Origin: an uncultured Bacteroidia bacterium
GTDB lineage: Bacteria > Bacteroidota > Bacteroidia > Bacteroidales > ML635J-15
Direction of reading: 5' to 3'
Assembly (NCBI GenBank): GCA_902800045.1
Contig: CADCCZ010000002.1
Location: forward strand, 332,131-396,130
DNA length: 64,000 nt
Below, in pieces: positions 57,852 to 64,000 of the stretch. How positions within the stretch are numbered: the first letter of the stretch is position 1; each line of letters begins with the position of its first letter. Position numbers and translations under genes: made by a program. Under the pieces are notes generated by a model, which was given only the letters and a program-made list of their open reading frames with translations, ran no database searches and was not told the DNA's origin.

Positions 57852-57905
57852 TTTTATCGAATATGTTCGACAAAAACTAATAATTTTTATCGAATATATT
57901 CGACA
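57852..57905. promoter_or_regulatory. Two 21-bp direct repeats, each containing the palindrome TCGAATAT(R)TTCGA, spaced 33 bp apart
   Basis: ttttatcgaatatgttcgaca (57852-57872) and ttttatcgaatatattcgaca (57885-57905), plus a third half-site tatcgaata at about 57811. They lie 150-200 bp upstream of glnS. Confidence 0.4.
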
Positions 57906-58057
57906 CTTCCATGATTATCCATAGGCTCTGCCTTGAATAAAAATTTCACAACAAGACAACCGATGCTCTCAAATCAAAAAAAATCAGAAAACTCTCCGTC
58001 CCAATCGTAATTTGCATTATTTTTGTGCGTTTTTCTAACTAATACAAATTTCGCAAG

Positions 58058-59737
58058 ATGGAAGAAAAAAAGGATTCACTGAACTTTATCGAACAAATCA
58101 TCGAGAACGATTTGTCATCAGGAAAAGTAACTAGCACATACACTCGTTTTCCCCCCGAACCAAACGGCTACCTGCACATCGGACACGCAAAGTCCATCTG
58201 CCTCAACTTCGGCATCAAAAACCAGTATCACGGCAAGTGCAACCTGCGTTTCGACGACACAAACCCGTCGAAGGAAGACGTTGAATATGTAAACTCGATA
58301 ATCGCCGACATCAAGTGGCTCGGCTTCGAGTACGACAAGTTGCTCTACACATCCGACTATTTCGACCAGCTTTACGAATGGGCCAAGATGCTTATCCGCG
58401 AAGGCAAGGCATACGTCGATGAGCAGCCCCCCGACCAGATTGCCGAACAGCGCACCAACCCGACCGTTCCCGGTATCGAAAGCCCCTTCCGCAACCGTCC
58501 CGCCGAGGAAAGCCTCAAGCGCCTCGAGGAAATGAACGCCGGAATGCACGAGGAAGGCTCGATGGTACTGCGCGCCAAAGTTGATATGAATTCGCCAAAC
58601 ATGCACATGCGCGACCCGATTATGTACCGCATCATCCGCCGTCCGCACGACCGCACAGGCGACAAGTGGAACATATACCCGATGTACGACTACGCACACG
58701 GACAGAGCGACTACATCGAGGGCATCACCCACTCCATCTGTACCTTGGAATTCGAGGTTCACCGTCCGCTCTACGACTGGTTCCTTGACCAGATTGACAA
58801 GACCGGCAAGCGTCCTCAGCAGATTGAATTTGCACGACTGAACCTTTCATACACGGTAATGAGCAAGCGCAAGCTCCTCGAACTCGTAAACAACAAGTAT
58901 GTAAGCGGCTGGGACGACCCGCGAATGCCTACCGTCAGCGGTTTACGCCGTCGTGGTTATACGCCCGAATCAATCCGCACCTTCGCCGAAAAAATCGGCG
59001 TTGCAAAGCGCGAAAATATGATTGATGTGAGCCTTCTCGAATACTGCATCCGCGAAGACCTCAACAAGCGCGACTACAGAATATTGGCAGTCCTCGACCC
59101 GCTGAAGGTCGTGATTACCAACTACCCCGAAGGTCAGACCGAAAAACTTGAGGCACAGAATAATCCCGAAGACGAAAACGCAGGAACACGCCAGCTCACC
59201 TTCGGACGCGAAATCTACATCGAACGCGAAGACTTCATGGAAGATGCTCCCAACAAGTTTTTCCGTCTGAAACCGGGTGGCGAAGTGCGCCTGAGATATG
59301 CATATTTCATCAAGTGCAACGAAGTGATAAAGGATGCCGACGGCAACATCACCGAACTGCACTGCACCTACGACCCCGAAAGCCGTGGCGGAAAGTCGCC
59401 TGATGGCCGCAAGGTAAAGGGCACCATCCACTGGGTAAACTGCGACACCTGCGTCGATGCCGAAGTGCGTCTGTACGACCGTCTGTTCACCAAGGAAAAC
59501 CCCGACGACCTTGCCGAAGGCGAAACCTACCTCACCTATCTGAATCCGGATTCGTTGAAGGTCGTTACCGCAAAGGTCGAGGAATACATAAAGGAAACCA
59601 AGGAGACAAGCTTCCAGTTCGAGCGCAAGGGCTACTTCTGTTTCGACAAGGACTCGACTCCCGAAAAGCCTGTATTCAATCGCACCGTCACACTTAAGGA
59701 CTCGTGGGCTAAAATTGCAGAAAATGACAAGAAGTAG
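58058..59737 (+). CDS. glnS: Glutamine--tRNA ligase
   Basis: RFPPEPNGYLHIGHAKS (HIGH) and VMSKRKL (KMSKS). 559 aa. Confidence 0.95.
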   Translation: MEEKKDSLNFIEQIIENDLSSGKVTSTYTRFPPEPNGYLHIGHAKSICLNFGIKNQYHGKCNLRFDDTNPSKEDVEYVNSIIADIKWLGFEYDKLLYTSDYFDQLYEWAKMLIREGKAYVDEQPPDQIAEQRTNPTVPGIESPFRNRPAEESLKRLEEMNAGMHEEGSMVLRAKVDMNSPNMHMRDPIMYRIIRRPHDRTGDKWNIYPMYDYAHGQSDYIEGITHSICTLEFEVHRPLYDWFLDQIDKTGKRPQQIEFARLNLSYTVMSKRKLLELVNNKYVSGWDDPRMPTVSGLRRRGYTPESIRTFAEKIGVAKRENMIDVSLLEYCIREDLNKRDYRILAVLDPLKVVITNYPEGQTEKLEAQNNPEDENAGTRQLTFGREIYIEREDFMEDAPNKFFRLKPGGEVRLRYAYFIKCNEVIKDADGNITELHCTYDPESRGGKSPDGRKVKGTIHWVNCDTCVDAEVRLYDRLFTKENPDDLAEGETYLTYLNPDSLKVVTAKVEEYIKETKETSFQFERKGYFCFDKDSTPEKPVFNRTVTLKDSWAKIAENDKK

Positions 59738-60197
59738 AATAGCACTCTTCCCAGGCTCGTTCGACCCGATAACCGTCGGGCACGAGTCTGTTATTCGCCG
59801 CGCACTGCCGATGTTCGACAAGATAATTGTCGGCGTAGGAGTCAATTCCGAGAAATCGGCAATGCTGCCAAGCGAAAAGCGCGTAGAACTGATAAAAAAA
59901 GTGTTCGTCGACGAGCCAAAAGTGGAAGTCGTAACCTATTCGGGACTTACGGTTGATTTTTGCAAGGCAAACAATATCAGTTTCATACTGCGCGGACTGC
60001 GTACCTCTGCCGACTTCGAGTTCGAGCGTTCCATTGGACATGCCAACCAGTTGCTTGACAAGAACATCGAAACCGTATTTATGCTAACCTTGCCCGAACA
60101 CACTTGCATATCGTCGAGCATAGTGCGCGACATCGCAAAGAACAACGGCGACATTTCCGCATTTCTGCCTAAGGCGATAACAAGGGACGACTTTTAA
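59724..60197 (+). CDS. coaD: Pantetheine-phosphate adenylyltransferase
   Basis: IALFPGSFDPITVGHESVIRRA (T/HxGH nucleotidyltransferase motif) and ISSSIVRDI. The ATG at 59724 overlaps the glnS end by 14 nt. Confidence 0.9.
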   Translation: MTRSRIALFPGSFDPITVGHESVIRRALPMFDKIIVGVGVNSEKSAMLPSEKRVELIKKVFVDEPKVEVVTYSGLTVDFCKANNISFILRGLRTSADFEFERSIGHANQLLDKNIETVFMLTLPEHTCISSSIVRDIAKNNGDISAFLPKAITRDDF

Positions 60198-60340
60198 TAG
60201 ACATGCATTGTGCAACATAACATTCGGTAACAATGTTGCCGAGTGTTACTTTTTTAAACATCTACGAATCAACAAAGTAGGTCAATAATTCAACACAAAT
60301 AAAAAAAACTTATTTTTTTCGCCAATTCAAATTAAAGCGT

Positions 60341-60348
60341 TAAATTTG
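60341..60348 (+). promoter_or_regulatory. Candidate -7 box TAaaTTTG
   Basis: TAnnTTTG, 39 bp before the ATG at 60387. Confidence 0.4.
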
Positions 60349-60386
60349 CACTCTCAAAATTGTAACGTTATTTTTAAGAACAGATT

Positions 60387-61091
60387 ATGTCAAACAAAGA
60401 GAAAACTACACAGGATGAAGGTTTGCAGAATGTAGAATCTGCATTGAATCGCACCGAAAATTGGTTCGAAAAACATCAGAAACTCATTATTATAATTTTC
60501 GCTGCTATCGTAGTTATAGCATTGGGAATAATAGCATACATAAAGTTCGTACAGCAACCCAAGAATCGCGAAGCAATGACCGAACTCTATATGGCCGAAT
60601 TCGCATTTGCTGAAGACAACTTCGAATTGGCTCTCAACGGAATCGAAGGAGAATACAGCGGTTTCGCAGCAATAGTTGAAGACTACGGCAGAACACCTTC
60701 GGGCAATGCTGCTCGCTACTATGCAGGCGTTTGCTGCATGCGTCTAGGTCAGTACGAAGATGCTATCACCTACCTCGAAGGCTTCGACAGCGACGACCCG
60801 ATGATTGGTCCTATGGCAATCGCACTTATCGGTGATGCTCACATGGAACTTGGCGACAACGAAAAAGCCGCTAAGCACTATGTTAACGCAGCCGAAAAAG
60901 CTGGAAACGACTACTTGTCGCCCCTCTTCCTCATTAAGGCTGGTAACACCTACGAACTTATGGGCGAATACCAGAAGGCTCTCGACACTTACAAGAGAGT
61001 ACAGAACGACTACTACACAGTGCTCGAAAGAAACGACAAGACTAACATCGAAAAGTATATCAAGCGTGCCGAAATGCACTTAGGTAAGTAA
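60387..61091 (+). CDS. Membrane-anchored tetratricopeptide repeat protein (YfgM-like)
   Basis: N-terminal TM helix (LIIIIFAAIVVIALGIIAYI) and TPR-like helices (AARYYAGVCCMRLGQYEDAITYLE, GNTYELMGEYQKALDTYKRV). Confidence 0.6.
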   Translation: MSNKEKTTQDEGLQNVESALNRTENWFEKHQKLIIIIFAAIVVIALGIIAYIKFVQQPKNREAMTELYMAEFAFAEDNFELALNGIEGEYSGFAAIVEDYGRTPSGNAARYYAGVCCMRLGQYEDAITYLEGFDSDDPMIGPMAIALIGDAHMELGDNEKAAKHYVNAAEKAGNDYLSPLFLIKAGNTYELMGEYQKALDTYKRVQNDYYTVLERNDKTNIEKYIKRAEMHLGK

Positions 61092-61115
61092 CACACATTA
61101 TCTTTCATAATCTCT

Positions 61116-61139
61116 GGGGGACTTGTCCCCCATTTTTTT
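61116..61139 (+). terminator. Rho-independent terminator
   Basis: GGGGGA-cttg-TCCCCC followed by aTTTTTTT. Confidence 0.7.
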
Positions 61140-61151
61140 AATATTACGACT

Positions 61152-61652
61152 ATGGCAAGCGAACTCAAAAACCTATCAATCTACTCCGAAACAGGAATCG
61201 CAAGACAAAATCCAGAACATCCATATAGAATTGGTATCGCCGTTTCCGAATGGAACCAGGAAATAACCGCCAACCTCGCCGACGGCGCAATCGAAACGCT
61301 CAAGAAATACGGCTACAGCGACGACGACATTGTGCTCAGAAGCGTTCCTGGAAGTTTCGAGCTGCCTCTCGGAGCTATATATCTGATAGAAAACCACCAG
61401 TGCGATGCAGTCGTTTGTCTCGGCTGTGTAATACAAGGCGACACCAAGCACTTCGACTATGTTTGCTCGGGCGTAACACAAGGTATCATGGATGTGAACA
61501 CCAGATATGCAACACCTGTCGCATTCGGTTTGCTCACAACCAACAACCAGCAGCAGGCAATCGACCGTGCAGGCGGACGACTCGGCAACAAGGGTACAGA
61601 AGCAGCTGCAGCAGCATTGAAAATGCTTACCTTGAAAAATGAAGTCAGGTAA
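61152..61652 (+). CDS. ribH: 6,7-dimethyl-8-ribityllumazine synthase
   Basis: VPGSFELPL, CLGCVIQGDTKHFDYV, and G.LGNKG.EAA. 166 aa. Confidence 0.93.
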   Translation: MASELKNLSIYSETGIARQNPEHPYRIGIAVSEWNQEITANLADGAIETLKKYGYSDDDIVLRSVPGSFELPLGAIYLIENHQCDAVVCLGCVIQGDTKHFDYVCSGVTQGIMDVNTRYATPVAFGLLTTNNQQQAIDRAGGRLGNKGTEAAAAALKMLTLKNEVR

Positions 61653-62214
61653 AATAAAAATAGCTTTGCTGATATTGCTGTCGGCAACAACATTACTCTC
61701 TTGCATCCCGCAAAAAAAGTGGGAGAAAGCTACAATAACATTCAATGATAATACCCCAAAGGAAGCCTACGTTTACGTTTCCCCAGTGTCGTACTACAAC
61801 TTTTTCAGGGCGAAATACTCTCTCGACGAGTACCGGACTATATATCCACCCGACTCAGTAAAGTCGGTATGCAACGATAATTTTACCTATCAGTCGCTAT
61901 TCTTCGACGAAGAGCGTTTCGGAATGGAGTCGTATGGATTCATAAAACGGCTTGCCGGCAAGGAATTATTCATTGGCGTAACAAAGTTCAAAATGAAGAC
62001 ATGTGCCTGCAAGACTTCTGGAGGCTATTTTAAGGGATATTTTGTCGTGCACGGAGACAATTACATCAAAGTGTCGTTAGACGTCAAAAACCACATAAAA
62101 AACATCAACGAACTTAATTCATTCATCGAAAGCGAAGGCGTAGATTTTGAGATACCACAAAGTGTCAGCAATCTCGACGAACTCATTTCAATCATTGATA
62201 AAGTGGGTATATAA
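61639..62214 (+). CDS. Hypothetical lipoprotein
   Basis: Lipobox TTLLSC. 191 aa. Its start overlaps the ribH end. Confidence 0.55.
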   Translation: MKSGKIKIALLILLSATTLLSCIPQKKWEKATITFNDNTPKEAYVYVSPVSYYNFFRAKYSLDEYRTIYPPDSVKSVCNDNFTYQSLFFDEERFGMESYGFIKRLAGKELFIGVTKFKMKTCACKTSGGYFKGYFVVHGDNYIKVSLDVKNHIKNINELNSFIESEGVDFEIPQSVSNLDELISIIDKVGI

Positions 62215-62219
62215 AAAAA

Positions 62220-62236
62220 GGCGGAACAAGTCCGCC
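62220..62236 (-). terminator. Rho-independent terminator after the HIT gene
   Basis: Minus strand reads GGCGGA-cttgt-TCCGCC followed by TTTTTTT. Confidence 0.6.
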
Positions 62237-62256
62237 TCCAATAACTTCTAAAAACT

Positions 62257-62649
62257 TTACATGTTCTTCTTAATATCCTCGACAAGTTTCTTATACTCGT
62301 CGTCGGTTAGTTTTACTCGCGAGTTCGACAGAAGCATATCACCTTCCTTGCTAATAGGAATCAGGTGGATATGAGTGTGCGGAACTTCGAGTCCGAGGAC
62401 CATAAGGCCTATGCGTTCGCATTCGATGGTCTTTTCCAACGCAGCAGCCACTTTCTTTGCGAACAACAATATTTCGGACAATACCTCGTCGGAATTGCGG
62501 AAAATATAGTCCTTTTCTTCCTTAGGAACTACCAAAGTGTGACCTTTCTTCAGAGGATTGATGTCGAGGAAAGCGATAAACTTATCATTTTCAGCCACCT
62601 TGTAGCAGGGGATTTCGCCATTTATAATCTTTGTGAATATAGTTGCCAT
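62257..62649 (-). CDS. HIT family (histidine triad) protein
   Basis: HTHIHLIP histidine triad. 130 aa. Confidence 0.9.
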   Translation of the reverse strand: MATIFTKIINGEIPCYKVAENDKFIAFLDINPLKKGHTLVVPKEEKDYIFRNSDEVLSEILLFAKKVAAALEKTIECERIGLMVLGLEVPHTHIHLIPISKEGDMLLSNSRVKLTDDEYKKLVEDIKKNM

Positions 62650-62654
62650 AACCT

Positions 62655-63128
62655 TTAGATTGAAATGTTTATAATTTCGAAGGAAACGATTCCGCTTGGA
62701 ACCTGAATATCAACCACGTCGCCAACCTTCTTGCCGAGCAAGCCCTTTGCAATAGGAGTTGAAACCGATATTTTCTTAGCCTTAAGGTCAGCTTCCGACT
62801 CAGAAACAATGGTATATTCCATTTCCTGATTTGTTTTTGTATTTCTCAGCTTCACTTTGTTAAGGATCTGTACAGCGTTAGTGTTTATCTGTGACGGGTC
62901 GATTATACGTGCGTTACGAATAGTTTCCTGGAGCTTGCTAATCTTCATTTCGAGCAAACCCTGAGCCTCTTTGGCAGCATCGTATTCGGCGTTTTCGGAC
63001 AAATCGCCCTTGTCGCGAGCCTCAGCAATCTGCTTTGAGATATTTGGTCTCTCGATGTTTACCATCCTATCCAATTCATCTTTCAGTTTCTTAAGACCTT
63101 CTTCGGTCAAATATGAAATACCAGACAT
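62655..63128 (-). CDS. greA: Transcription elongation factor GreA
   Basis: YLTEEGLKKLKDEL...GDLSENAEYDAAKEAQ. 157 aa. Confidence 0.93.
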   Translation of the reverse strand: MSGISYLTEEGLKKLKDELDRMVNIERPNISKQIAEARDKGDLSENAEYDAAKEAQGLLEMKISKLQETIRNARIIDPSQINTNAVQILNKVKLRNTKTNQEMEYTIVSESEADLKAKKISVSTPIAKGLLGKKVGDVVDIQVPSGIVSFEIINISI

Positions 63129-63289
63129 AATTATTTAATTTTATTGTTATACAAATAAAAAGAAATCCCTTTTTCTACTTGGGATTTCCACTGCAAAGGT
63201 AACACTTTTTTGCTTTGGAAATAAAAAATTTTAATCGGAAAGCTCATCATGATGAACTTTCCGATTAATAGTCAAATAAAAATCTAATT

Positions 63290-64000
63290 CTACATAGTTA
63301 CACGCAGACCGAATGTATGAACGCCACCCATAATGTTTGTGAACCTATATGAGTAATCGATAGCCAATACTGGTCTTGTGCTTACAGAAGTCGTATTCAA
63401 ACCATAAATAGCTTTCTTAGGCGAGCTTCCGTCTGATAATCTCGAAGAGCTCTTGCCACCTTCTCTCTTCTTAAGAGGAGCCTGAAGCGTGATACCTGCC
63501 GATGGTCCATTAAACCAAGTTGTGCAATCGCTTACAGAATACAATCCCTTTTCGTAGGTATAACCTGCACGCAAGAACAAGTATTCCATGAACGAATACT
63601 CGATACCTACATGGAACTGGTCCTTAGTAAAGGAGTTCGAAGTGAAATTCAAGGCGATTGCAAGGTTATGATTTGAATAGACAACATCTTCTTCCTCGTC
63701 AACCTTCGGAGCGAGTCTTATATGGTATGAAAGACCAATCTTAATCAAAGAAGGAAGTTCATACTCCTGACTTCTGTTTTCAACACTCATCAATGTACCT
63801 GTCGGAGAGAAACCTACGAAAGTCATACCGTCGCCAGTGTACTTCATAGTTGTTCCAACATTCTTCATGGTGATACCGAAGTGGATGTTATCGCGGTTTC
63901 TGATATCCTTGTACTTTCCGAAACCGGTGATATACTGGATACCAGCATCAATTGCAAAACCAGAAGACTTAATGTTGTCTGTATGTTCGTTTAACATCTT
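63290..64000 (-). CDS. Outer-membrane beta-barrel protein (PorV/PorQ-like), 5' end outside the window
   Basis: Alternating beta-strand pattern and a C-terminal aromatic-rich strand (HTFGLRVTM). The reading frame stays open to the window edge. Confidence 0.4.
   Translation of the reverse strand, partial: KMLNEHTDNIKSSGFAIDAGIQYITGFGKYKDIRNRDNIHFGITMKNVGTTMKYTGDGMTFVGFSPTGTLMSVENRSQEYELPSLIKIGLSYHIRLAPKVDEEEDVVYSNHNLAIALNFTSNSFTKDQFHVGIEYSFMEYLFLRAGYTYEKGLYSVSDCTTWFNGPSAGITLQAPLKKREGGKSSSRLSDGSSPKKAIYGLNTTSVSTRPVLAIDYSYRFTNIMGGVHTFGLRVTM

Overview
This 64 kb chromosomal window comes from a Bacteroidota (Bacteroidales-type) genome. Supporting signs are TAnnTTTG -7 promoter boxes, T9SS C-terminal sorting domains, many lipoproteins and mosaic intergenic repeats. 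It opens with dnaA and holds well-recognisable housekeeping genes: an F-type ATP synthase block atpBEFHAG, kbl, pckA, gltX, glnS, coaD, ribH, greA, tRNA-Pro(CGG) and tRNA-Ser(GCU). Between a DMT-like permease (ends 2715) and a WYL regulator (17292-18203) lies a roughly 15 kb accessory, defence-island-like segment. It contains a stand-alone LHH-type HNH nuclease behind a 10-bp tandem repeat array, and two DUF1232 paralogs with near-identical palindromic promoters flanking a DUF234 AAA ATPase. It also contains an AbiEi/AbiEii pair and a set of small orphan proteins. Its most striking part is a tightly packed, visibly AT-rich five-gene operon (5973-12450, minus strand) encoding three paralogous dynamin-like GTPases interleaved with membrane-anchored coiled-coil proteins. 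I consider this operon the best candidate for an undescribed system: an Eleos/LeoABC-like but architecturally distinct membrane-remodelling or defence module. Other points of interest:
- a beta-propeller/class III cyclase/HD sensor translationally coupled to a multi-PAS histidine kinase
- an ECF sigma factor paired with an anti-sigma-like protein that carries a T9SS type B C-terminal domain
- a solitary RayT-like Y1 transposase
- degenerate tRNA-Ser 3' end copies inside a 118-bp tandem repeat
- a duplicated terminator module upstream of atpB

All protein calls rest on motifs read by eye from the supplied translations. No searches or statistics were run.
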